Source: a virus
IMG/VR virus record: IMGVR_UViG_3300037993_001242
Coordinates: 135,099 to 199,098 of that record
Length of the DNA: 64,000 bases
Reading direction: 5' to 3' (one strand)
Numbering within the stretch: position 1 is the stretch's first letter; every line of letters starts with the position of its first letter. The notes beneath the pieces are model-generated. The model had not been told where the DNA came from and did not search any database. It saw only the letters and a list, made by a program, of their open reading frames with translations. The position numbers were made by a program, and so were the translations under genes. Below, in pieces: positions 57,674 through 64,000 of this stretch.

Positions 57674-57891
57674 TGTCGTACTGGCCCAGTGCCACAAATA
57701 TCAACAGTCTCATAAGCATGACAGTGCTCACACCAAAGCAATACGCCGATTTCAATGCCGCTCATCTCCTCCCAGAACAGGTCGTCAAGACTCAGCGGTT
57801 TGGGATGGCCACAGGCTTCACAGCGCTGTATCCTCACGTTTTCAAGCACACCGCGCTTGAACTCTTTAAAGGAGCCATCTTCGGGGATCAT
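57670..57891 (-). CDS. PExG-tag array member, zinc ribbon
   Basis: MIPEDGSFKEFKRGVL; CEAC...CEHC. Confidence 0.8.
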   Translation of the reverse strand: MIPEDGSFKEFKRGVLENVRIQRCEACGHPKPLSLDDLFWEEMSGIEIGVLLWCEHCHAYETVDICGTGPVRQ

Positions 57892-58099
57892 AATCGGGTG
57901 CAAGGATTTCAGGTATCAACGCCAATACATCGCGTAGTTTTCCGACGCAATCAGGACAATAGTGCCGATCCCACGAGTAGCTTGAGCCGATGACGCCCGG
58001 CACAAACCACTTGCCACACTGGCATTGGCACCGGCGCACTTCGCGCAACACCACGGCCTTGAACTCTTTGGGACTGCCCGTTTCAGGAATCTGGATCAT
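57866..58099 (-). CDS. PExG-tag array member, zinc ribbon
   Basis: MIQIPETGSPKEFKAVVL; CQCQC...CPDC. Confidence 0.8.
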   Translation of the reverse strand: MIQIPETGSPKEFKAVVLREVRRCQCQCGKWFVPGVIGSSYSWDRHYCPDCVGKLRDVLALIPEILAPDYDPRRWLL

Positions 58100-58295
58100 T
58101 ATAGTACAATCTCAAATGCTCAATGCTCGGATGCGGTAGATAGCCCCACACACCGCACAACGGACACTGATAAGGATAACGCTGATCCCAGTGGTTCATG
58201 GCAACAAACGGATGTCCCTTGGGGCAGTGCTCGACCACGACCACGTCCAGCACTATCCGTTTGAACTCCTGCCTATGACCGGTTTCCGGGATCAT
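58083..58295 (-). CDS. PExG-tag array member, zinc ribbon
   Basis: MIPETGHRQEFKRIVL; CPKGH...CPLC. Confidence 0.8.
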   Translation of the reverse strand: MIPETGHRQEFKRIVLDVVVVEHCPKGHPFVAMNHWDQRYPYQCPLCGVWGYLPHPSIEHLRLYYNDPDS

Positions 58296-58537
58296 ACGCC
58301 ACAGGTATCAACCGTGATGACGCTGATACGCGGATAGGCCCTTTCATTGCATCGGTGGCACAGCCTTTCGGGAAACGCTTTAATGAGATACTTCCAATGG
58401 CTGGAGTCGAGTAAACTTGAATTCAGCCACTCCGCGTCGTATGTCTCTCCGCAGCCGCAAGCGGCGCAGGCGTAACCTTGCACCACTTCCAGCACCGCCC
58501 GCTTAAATTCCTGTTTGCTGCCGGTTTCCGGGATCAT
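58292..58537 (-). CDS. PExG-tag array member, zinc ribbon
   Basis: MIPETGSKQEFKRAVL; CAAC...CHRC. Confidence 0.8.
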   Translation of the reverse strand: MIPETGSKQEFKRAVLEVVQGYACAACGCGETYDAEWLNSSLLDSSHWKYLIKAFPERLCHRCNERAYPRISVITVDTCGV

Positions 58538-58782
58538 GTGGTGAGCAGCCGTTGGCATTCGATTGACATCCATTCGGATTCTCTTTGTTGGTTACCGTTG
58601 CGATAATCGGCCCAGCAAACGGGACACCAACGGATGTCAAGTTCGTCGGTGTTGAGATCGTACCACTCTGTCCAATCTGCCGGGATGGTAAAACCTCTGC
58701 CGCAATAGACACAGTGCCAGACCCGCACCGTCGCCAAGACCGTGTGCTTGAACTCGACCCGGCTGCCGGTTTCAATTATCAT
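58534..58782 (-). CDS. PExG-tag array member, zinc ribbon
   Basis: MIIETGSRVEFKHTVL; CVYC...CPVC. Confidence 0.8.
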   Translation of the reverse strand: MIIETGSRVEFKHTVLATVRVWHCVYCGRGFTIPADWTEWYDLNTDELDIRWCPVCWADYRNGNQQRESEWMSIECQRLLTT

Positions 58783-58990
58783 TGTCAGCCTCAAAAAGCA
58801 TCTCGTGACAGGCAAGGATGCAGAAATCGCAGCCCCATAAATGCCCGTATTCCTTCGCCGCTGCAACCCAATTCATGTCTGGGGGCGGGCGGGCCACAAC
58901 GATGTGATGGCCGTTAGCGCACGTCCACGCGTGCAGTTCGGCCAGCACGTAGCGCTTGAATTCTTCTTTTGAGCCGTATTCGATGACCAC
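58772..58990 (-). CDS. PExG-tag array member, zinc ribbon
   Basis: VIEYGSKEEFKRYVL; CANGH...CDFC. Confidence 0.75.
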   Translation of the reverse strand: MVIEYGSKEEFKRYVLAELHAWTCANGHHIVVARPPPDMNWVAAAKEYGHLWGCDFCILACHEMLFEADNDN

Positions 58991-59207
58991 GCTCGATCCT
59001 CAGTTCGGCCTGCAAGCCCCACCATCGATGCTTGCAGAGGTTACAGTGCCACAACAATAGCCCGTGATAAGTTTTGGGCGGCTTCTCATTTTTGCGCACC
59101 CACTCAAATTCCGGTATGATCTGATGTCCATCGCTGCACGTCCACGCCCAAAGGTCGTTTAAGACCCACTGCTTAAACTCTTGTCTGGTGCCGTTTTCGG
59201 GGATCAT
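58914..59207 (-). CDS. PExG-tag array member, zinc ribbon
   Basis: MIPENGTRQEFKQWVL; CSDGH...CNLC. Confidence 0.8.
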   Translation of the reverse strand: MIPENGTRQEFKQWVLNDLWAWTCSDGHQIIPEFEWVRKNEKPPKTYHGLLLWHCNLCKHRWWGLQAELRIERGHRIRLKRRIQALRAGRTARVDVR

Positions 59208-59480
59208 TTAATTTTCCGGTTCAATGCCGTACATCGCCTGCAAATCCTGCTCTAACTCCACCGTCCATCCTGTGGACAACAGCGCTCGATGAACCAACCG
59301 GCCATTGGCGTCTCGCCATGCTTTGAACCGGCAGCTACAGGTCGGACATTGAAAGATCAACGTATCGTCGTAGCCGGATTCAAACGCCACGAACCGATGG
59401 CCCGCATTACAGCGGTCAAGCTCCACGTTTGACAAAACGCAGCGCTTGAAATCAGAAAAGGTTCCAGTTTCAGGAATCAT
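59208..59480 (-). CDS. PExG-tag array member, zinc ribbon
   Basis: MIPETGTFSDFKRCVL; CNAGH...CPTC. Confidence 0.8.
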   Translation of the reverse strand: MIPETGTFSDFKRCVLSNVELDRCNAGHRFVAFESGYDDTLIFQCPTCSCRFKAWRDANGRLVHRALLSTGWTVELEQDLQAMYGIEPEN

Positions 59481-59772
59481 CTTGGGCATCAATCCAACGT
59501 CCACCCTGCTGCTCCGCTTCCCGTGCCGGGACGGACGGCCACACGGAAATCGGGTCACGATCCACCAACATATCTTCGACCGCCGTACAATAAATTATCG
59601 TTTGCGGCGCACTCCACGCACTCATGCGCGAACAGCATTCCGGGCAAAACCCGATGTGCTTGTCGCCGACGCCGATGACATTCATCATCCCACAGGCCAT
59701 GCACGCCACGGCCCGCAATTCCGTCAGAACCGAATGCTTAAATTCAACTTTGGTTCCGTGTTCGGGGATCAT
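59470..59772 (-). CDS. PExG-tag array member, zinc ribbon
   Basis: MIPEHGTKVEFKHSVL; CMAC...CPEC. Confidence 0.8.
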   Translation of the reverse strand: MIPEHGTKVEFKHSVLTELRAVACMACGMMNVIGVGDKHIGFCPECCSRMSAWSAPQTIIYCTAVEDMLVDRDPISVWPSVPAREAEQQGGRWIDAQDDS

Positions 59773-59980
59773 GGGCGCGCACTCCATTCAACCGATCCAA
59801 ATAGTAGTCCAAGGCCGTCGACATGCCGTGGATGATCTCATAGCAGGATGGGCAAAAAGGTTCGATGGCTTCGAGGTTCTGCCGGACAAACGGCTGGCCG
59901 CAGTTGCAACACTGGGTCAAGGCCACGTTGCCCAACAACGAGCGTTTGCATTCGGCTCTGGTTCCGTGTTCAGGTATCAT
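59744..59980 (-). CDS. PExG-tag array member, zinc ribbon
   Basis: MIPEHGTRAECKRSLL; CCNC...CPSC. Confidence 0.8.
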   Translation of the reverse strand: MIPEHGTRAECKRSLLGNVALTQCCNCGQPFVRQNLEAIEPFCPSCYEIIHGMSTALDYYLDRLNGVRAHDPRTRNQS

Positions 59981-60243
59981 CGGCGCAAAGCTTTTTTCCA
60001 GTTGTTGAGTAGCACTTTTACCTGAGCAACCGGCACATTCGTAACGTTGATGTTGTATACAGTGCGCTCACCCAAGCGCACCGTGCTGATCGTTTTATCG
60101 AGCGTGCAACCACAGCAAAAATGCAATTCCGCCCGCGCCGGGTCAAGCACGCTGTAGTGGCCACAAGCCAGACACCAGCCCAGTTCCACGTCTTCAAGAA
60201 CCGTGTGCTTGAACTCTTTTGGGCTGCCGGTTTCAGGAATCAT
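59977..60243 (-). CDS. PExG-tag array member, zinc ribbon
   Basis: MIPETGSPKEFKHTVL; CLAC...CCGC. Confidence 0.8.
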   Translation of the reverse strand: MIPETGSPKEFKHTVLEDVELGWCLACGHYSVLDPARAELHFCCGCTLDKTISTVRLGERTVYNINVTNVPVAQVKVLLNNWKKALRR

Positions 60244-60287
60244 ACCGTAAACACTCCATTATTACTGACCGTGTAGGTCATGATAAT

Positions 60288-60506
60288 TTAATTGACGGGC
60301 TGCACCGGATACATCCGAACGCAGACGTTGTACCGGTTATGATCGATGCAGCGCGGGCAGTACATCGCCAGCGTGCCGATCCAGCCGCCGTCGGGATGAT
60401 CGATGTACTCCGCCACTTCCACGTGGCCGCAAGGGTAGCGCTGATGCTCGACCGCTTTCAGCAGGCAGCGCTTAAACTCTTTTTTAGTGCCGTTTTCGAC
60501 GATCAT
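60288..60506 (-). CDS. PExG-tag array member, zinc ribbon
   Basis: MIVENGTKKEFKRCLL; PCGH...CPRC. Confidence 0.8.
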   Translation of the reverse strand: MIVENGTKKEFKRCLLKAVEHQRYPCGHVEVAEYIDHPDGGWIGTLAMYCPRCIDHNRYNVCVRMYPVQPVN

Positions 60507-60759
60507 GCTTTTTGTGCCACTCCTCACAATCGATGCAGAGGCACCCGTTGGAAGCCATCTCGAATTCGTGACAGACGCGCAGACATTCCCCGCACTGAAC
60601 ATATCGTTCTGCATCAGGCCCACAGATTGGACAGCGGCCAGAATCTTTGCGCTCGTATTCGGGCAGGTACCAGTCCCAACACGAAACGCAGCAGTACTTG
60701 AGCACTTCGTTCAACACGCAATGCTTGAAGTCTTCTCTGGAGCCAGCTTCGATGAACAT
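60484..60759 (-). CDS. PExG-tag array member, double zinc ribbon
   Basis: MFIEAGSREDFKHCVL; CVSC, CPIC, CGEC, CIDC. Confidence 0.8.
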   Translation of the reverse strand: MFIEAGSREDFKHCVLNEVLKYCCVSCWDWYLPEYERKDSGRCPICGPDAERYVQCGECLRVCHEFEMASNGCLCIDCEEWHKKHDRRKRH

Positions 60760-60985
60760 GCTCTTCAAAAAGAACCGGTGTCCACCTTCCTCCACCGTAG
60801 CACATCATTAAAACGCACTGCTTCAATTCCTTGGCCTCATGTAACGGGCACAGGTCAGATTTGCGCATGGGCTGGTGGTACTCCGCCGGAAGAAACGAGC
60901 AGCCACATCGGGGCCAACGGAGCACCATGACGTTGTCCAAGACCCAGTGCTTGAACTCTTTGGAATTGCCGGTTTCGGGGATCAT
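60614..60985 (-). CDS. PExG-tag array member
   Basis: MIPETGNSKEFKHWVL; RCGC...CPLH; 3' end overlaps the next member by about 145 nt. Confidence 0.75.
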   Translation of the reverse strand: MIPETGNSKEFKHWVLDNVMVLRWPRCGCSFLPAEYHQPMRKSDLCPLHEAKELKQCVLMMCYGGGRWTPVLFEEHVHRSWLQRRLQALRVERSAQVLLRFVLGLVPARIRAQRFWPLSNLWA

Positions 60986-61272
60986 TGCCAGCCTCGCACA
61001 ATCAGCCCAAAGTCCTCCTCTTCCAAGAACCGCGATAACGTCATGACGCCGTGGCCCACATCCACCGAAAGATTGGGCGTAATTTTAATCCAACCTCCGT
61101 CCTTGTACAGGTCTATCCCCTTTATTTGAAAGCGGAAAATCACCCTTTCGGGCGCGGCACAGTCTGCATACAATGTATACTTGTCCCCCACATGAGGAAA
61201 GGGCCGCACCAGCGCCAAAACACACCGCTTAAAGTCGGTCGGGCTGCCTTCTTCAATCGTGCTCCCATTCAT
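60982..61272 (-). CDS. PExG-tag array member, SH3-like body
   Basis: TIEEGSPTDFKRCVL; PHVGDKYTL. Confidence 0.75.
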   Translation of the reverse strand: MNGSTIEEGSPTDFKRCVLALVRPFPHVGDKYTLYADCAAPERVIFRFQIKGIDLYKDGGWIKITPNLSVDVGHGVMTLSRFLEEEDFGLIVRGWQ

Positions 61273-61456
61273 ACCATTGAGTCACGAGGAACACCCCACT
61301 TTTGATGCAGTTGGGGCATATCCACTCCAAAGCAGGTGTATTGACTGGCGGCTCGAAGACAGGCCATTTCGTCTGGCAGGCAATGCACCAGCGCGGCTGA
61401 AAGAGCGCGAGCACGCTCCGCTTCAATTCTTGTTTGGTCACTTTCTCGTTGAGCAT
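61253..61456 (-). CDS. PExG-tag array member (degenerate tag), zinc ribbon
   Basis: MLNEKVTKQELKRSVL; CIAC...CPNC. Confidence 0.7.
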   Translation of the reverse strand: MLNEKVTKQELKRSVLALFQPRWCIACQTKWPVFEPPVNTPALEWICPNCIKSGVFLVTQWYEWEHD

Positions 61457-61673
61457 TTCTCAAAATGGCGTACAGGACTTCGCTTTTGGCTGCCCGACAT
61501 TCATCGCAATCCGTGTTGTCCAAGCCAGTCGTGGTGCCATAAGCATACTCCAATACGTCCAGTGCCACGCCGCTGGGAACGTACACGTGTCCGCAACGGT
61601 AAACGTAGGTGCAGACCGTGTCCAACACACAGCGCTTGAACTGTTGTTTGGTTCCAGTTTCCAATATCACCAT
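61269..61673 (-). CDS. PExG-tag array member, zinc ribbon
   Basis: MVILETGTKQQFKRCVL; RCGH...CDEC; 3' end overlaps the next member by about 190 nt. Confidence 0.7.
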   Translation of the reverse strand: MVILETGTKQQFKRCVLDTVCTYVYRCGHVYVPSGVALDVLEYAYGTTTGLDNTDCDECRAAKSEVLYAILRNAQRESDQTRIEAERARALSAALVHCLPDEMACLRAASQYTCFGVDMPQLHQKWGVPRDSMV

Positions 61674-62047
61674 GAACTCCCGTATGAACGCAGGCGCGTA
61701 CAATCGCCGCAGTAACCTTCCAATCGCCCAATCGTCAGCAAATCCGCCAGCGGCTCTTTCGTGCCCCAGTTGGCCACGGTTTCGTACTGCAATATGGCTA
61801 CGTGCCCGCACTTCGTAAAGCGGATGGCCACGCGCAGCGCCTGTATGCCTCCGTAACTGTAACCTAACTGAACCATCTTCAAGCAGGCAGCGCATAGAAA
61901 CGCGATTCGGGGGAGAATATCTGGCTCAGTGTAACCCGTGTGGACACGCTCCGCCGGAAGGCACCACTGCTCGCAAATGTAGCACTTCACACCCAACGCC
62001 AACATGGCGTGTTTGAAATCCTGTGGCGTTCCGGTTTCCGGTAACAT
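61667..62047 (-). CDS. PExG-tag array member, double zinc ribbon; first gene after a promoter
   Basis: MLPETGTPQDFKHAML; CYIC, CAAC, CGH, CGDC. Confidence 0.8.
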   Translation of the reverse strand: MLPETGTPQDFKHAMLALGVKCYICEQWCLPAERVHTGYTEPDILPRIAFLCAACLKMVQLGYSYGGIQALRVAIRFTKCGHVAILQYETVANWGTKEPLADLLTIGRLEGYCGDCTRLRSYGSSW

Positions 62048-62053
62048 GCGTAT

Positions 62054-62082
62054 ACAATAAAACGCGCAGTGCCTTTTGGCAA
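62054..62082 (-). promoter_or_regulatory. Sigma70-like promoter TTGCCA-N17-TATTGT heading 20 PExG genes
   Basis: ATG 62047 lies 6 nt downstream (leaderless). Confidence 0.6.
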
Positions 62083-62091
62083 CTGCGCGTT
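62061..62091 (-). terminator. Hairpin overlapping that promoter; probable terminator of the upstream gene
   Basis: AACGCGCAGT-GCC-TTTT-GGC-A-ACTGCGCGTT, followed on the minus strand by TTATTGT. Confidence 0.55.
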
Positions 62092-62120
62092 AGTCTCCTG
62101 ACCTTTTTTCAATCCACCAG

Positions 62121-62570
62121 CTAAACGGCAAGTACCTTCTTGCCCGCTGCCGTTGGATTGAAATCGGCAAATTTTCCACCGTCCTGCTTATGCTTGCGCA
62201 GTTCCGCCGCCACAGCCTGCCCCAGCGGCGTCAGTTTGAACACCGGGTTCATGCCCGTACCCCGGTTTTCCAGCAGACCGGCCCGCTCAAAGTCCTCCGC
62301 ACAGTCCCAGTCATCGTGGCTCTTCAATTGCAGTTTGGGGTCTTTCTTGTCGAAGAACCCTTTCAACCGGCTACCATAAGTCGACTTCCATTGATGCCCA
62401 TCCGTACCCATGGGAAAATAACCGTAACCGGGATGGCGCGTGAGGTTGACCCGGAAATTCCGGCGGTGCATGTCACTGACCAGACCCTTGAAATCCACGC
62501 ACAGGGTCTCAATGAAAGCCAACAGGCTCCAGTGGTCTTTGCCAAATTCGTTGATCGATACCGACTTCAT
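62121..62570 (-). CDS. Hypothetical phage protein interrupting the PExG array
   Basis: MKSVSINEFGKDHWSLLAFIET...HDDWDCAEDF; has its own promoter. Confidence 0.7.
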   Translation of the reverse strand: MKSVSINEFGKDHWSLLAFIETLCVDFKGLVSDMHRRNFRVNLTRHPGYGYFPMGTDGHQWKSTYGSRLKGFFDKKDPKLQLKSHDDWDCAEDFERAGLLENRGTGMNPVFKLTPLGQAVAAELRKHKQDGGKFADFNPTAAGKKVLAV

Positions 62571-62576
62571 ATCCTG

Positions 62577-62605
62577 CTTGTATACAACAACCATCGAATT
62601 GTCAA
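62577..62605 (-). promoter_or_regulatory. Sigma70-like promoter TTGACA-N17-TACAAG
   Basis: GTATAC core; ATG 62570 lies 6 nt downstream. Confidence 0.6.
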
Positions 62606-62614
62606 CTTTAAATT

Positions 62615-62800
62615 TTAATGGAAGCCTTGCAAGAGCCGCGCCGTCAATCGCGGATCGCAGTAAACTTTGTTGCACTCAGGACATGTTTGTCGGGGATAGA
62701 AATCGATGAAGTGGCCCCCGCATTGACGGCAGTAATAACTCCACAGATGCTCCAGCACCCAACGCTTTGTCGACTGCTTGGTGTAAAATTCAGGAACCAT
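62615..62800 (-). CDS. PExG-tag array member (degenerate tag), zinc ribbon
   Basis: MVPEFYTKQSTKRWVL; CRQC...CPEC. Confidence 0.7.
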   Translation of the reverse strand: MVPEFYTKQSTKRWVLEHLWSYYCRQCGGHFIDFYPRQTCPECNKVYCDPRLTARLLQGFH

Positions 62801-63035
62801 TTAACAGGGGCCATCTCCATTCCGGCTGAATGTGGAAAACCTGCTGGTACTGCTGAGTGTAGTACGAGCACAACTGGATGGCTTCCGTCGCAGTCATCCG
62901 AAAACCGCACAGCCCCTTGGTCGTGCCCAGCAATTCGGGATCGTTGGTGACCCAATATCCGATCAATTTGCGCGCAGGCAAGTGAGCCAACACAGCGTGC
63001 TTGAATTCCTGCTTGGTTCCAATTTCGGGCATCAT
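62790..63035 (-). CDS. PExG-tag array member, Cys-poor body
   Basis: MMPEIGTKQEFKHAVL. Confidence 0.8.
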   Translation of the reverse strand: MMPEIGTKQEFKHAVLAHLPARKLIGYWVTNDPELLGTTKGLCGFRMTATEAIQLCSYYTQQYQQVFHIQPEWRWPLLNGS

Positions 63036-63349
63036 AATAAACCTGATCTGAATTTCCACTCGTTGGTAAGGATGTTGTGCCAGATTTCCTCGTTTTGTCG
63101 TTCGACCCGGTAAATCTTATAAAACTCCACAGCTAACAGCAACCATACGGCGGCCATTCCAATAGCCAAACAGCCACTCATGGCGGCCAACATAGGCATG
63201 ATAATTGCCACAGCACCGGTGAGCAGCAACAATGGAAACCACATGGAGCGCACAAATGACTGCTGTTTAAAGACGGGCCTGCCGGGCAGCGCAGCCAGCA
63301 CCGCCCGCTTAAATTCCTGTTTGCTGCCTTCCTCGATCAGCGCGCTCAT
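63032..63349 (-). CDS. PExG-tag array member, two-TM body
   Basis: LIEEGSKQEFKRAVL; two hydrophobic helices. Confidence 0.8.
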   Translation of the reverse strand: MSALIEEGSKQEFKRAVLAALPGRPVFKQQSFVRSMWFPLLLLTGAVAIIMPMLAAMSGCLAIGMAAVWLLLAVEFYKIYRVERQNEEIWHNILTNEWKFRSGLL

Positions 63350-63603
63350 TTGGATTTCAGTTTAAAGGTGATCTGATAATCCAGCCGCCGGGGCCGATAA
63401 ACAAAAAGGCCGTCGTCAAGATCATGGATAAAAGTGAAGGTCTGGGTGCGCTTCTTGCCGTTGTGGGACGTGGTCGTCACCGTGAGCAGCGACTTCCGGC
63501 GGTCGGGGAGGGCCTTGAGCACCGCCTGCTTGAGCGCCTGCTTCGTGCCCGTCTCCGGCAGGGATAACTTCCGCAATTTCTTGGGCGTTTTGGTTTTCAT
63601 CAT
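63346..63603 (-). CDS. PExG-tag array member with a Lys-rich N-terminal extension
   Basis: SLPETGTKQALKQAVL. Confidence 0.7.
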   Translation of the reverse strand: MMKTKTPKKLRKLSLPETGTKQALKQAVLKALPDRRKSLLTVTTTSHNGKKRTQTFTFIHDLDDGLFVYRPRRLDYQITFKLKSK

Positions 63604-64000
63604 TCAACGTCGGCAAAATGACTTCGTACCGGGCAGTGCCCATCATAACCACATCGTGCCCATTATACACGGGAGCCATGTATACACCCTCACCCGCCCA
63701 ATCCGGGGTCGCCGTCCCAGCGTAGTACATGGTCACGATCACCCGCTGATAGTCAAGATGTTCCAGCACCGCCCGCTTAAATTCCTGACGAGTGCCTTCT
63801 TCGGGGAAGTACTGCTTGAACCAGATTTTGCCGTCGGCCACGACGTATTCAGCGGCCATCTTTTCAGCCACGCGAGGCAGGTCAATTTTGGGCGTGGGCC
63901 AAAAAATCCGAAAGCCGTTAAAAACCGACGTGAACCAGTTAACCAAATGGTGCGTCATCCCCGGTTGTATCACAAATTGTATACTTGGGGTCAACTCCAA
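63422..64000 (-). CDS. PExG-tag array member with an internal tag; start uncertain or outside the window
   Basis: YFPEEGTRQEFKRAVL after an upstream segment; 3' end overlaps the next member by about 180 nt. Confidence 0.65.
   Translation of the reverse strand: MELTPSIQFVIQPGMTHHLVNWFTSVFNGFRIFWPTPKIDLPRVAEKMAAEYVVADGKIWFKQYFPEEGTRQEFKRAVLEHLDYQRVIVTMYYAGTATPDWAGEGVYMAPVYNGHDVVMMGTARYEVILPTLNDENQNAQEIAEVIPAGDGHEAGAQAGGAQGPPRPPEVAAHGDDHVPQRQEAHPDLHFYP

Noticed and set aside
1-64000. Genome-wide stop-codon reassignment (code 15 or code 4/25)
   Set aside because: Long ORFs are intact in the standard code, and TAG (2635, 8541, 17441) and TGA (many ATGA overlaps) end genes exactly where the next begins.
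57178-64000. CRISPR array or diversity-generating retroelement as the source of the periodic repeats
   Set aside because: Repeats are degenerate at synonymous positions, spaced about 180-370 nt and protein-coding; no cas gene, reverse transcriptase or adenine-specific template/variable repeat pair was seen.

Overview
A 64-kb gene-dense segment of a large (probably jumbo) tailed bacteriophage genome. It has about 130 mostly small, tightly packed CDSs, mainly on the minus strand, many coupled by ATGA/GTGA overlaps and lacking obvious Shine-Dalgarno sites. No capsid, terminase or polymerase gene is recognisable here. Recognisable genes: Nudix-dTMP kinase fusion, PTH2 peptidyl-tRNA hydrolase, HNH-AP2 and HNH endonucleases, TopoVI-A-like Toprim protein, class II aldolase-domain fusion, NADAR, FN3 lipoprotein, two AAA+ ATPases, M50 site-2 protease, SAM methyltransferase, DUF3307, DUF4031, a signal-peptide GH27 glycosidase and a GGQ release-factor homologue. 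Four features stand out. (1) About 31 small genes share an 18-aa tag, M-I-P-E-x-G-[ST]-x-x-[ED]-F-K-[RH]-x-V-L, fused to unrelated, mostly zinc-ribbon bodies; 25 of them form a near-continuous array at 57.2-64 kb. (2) A second family has an N-terminal M-N-A-x-x-I-V-x-x-L-L-E leader and internal hydrophobic-x-E/A-DPD-E-V-D-P-K linkers, resembling capsid-targeted, prohead-protease-processed polyproteins; several are preceded by a TA[GA]TTA[AG] candidate late promoter. (3) The release-factor homologue (UGA) and PTH2 (UAG) each carry an in-frame stop near the 5' end. (4) Three tRNA-shaped RNAs have grossly remodelled arms. All functional interpretations are inferences from motifs read by eye; no database search was possible.
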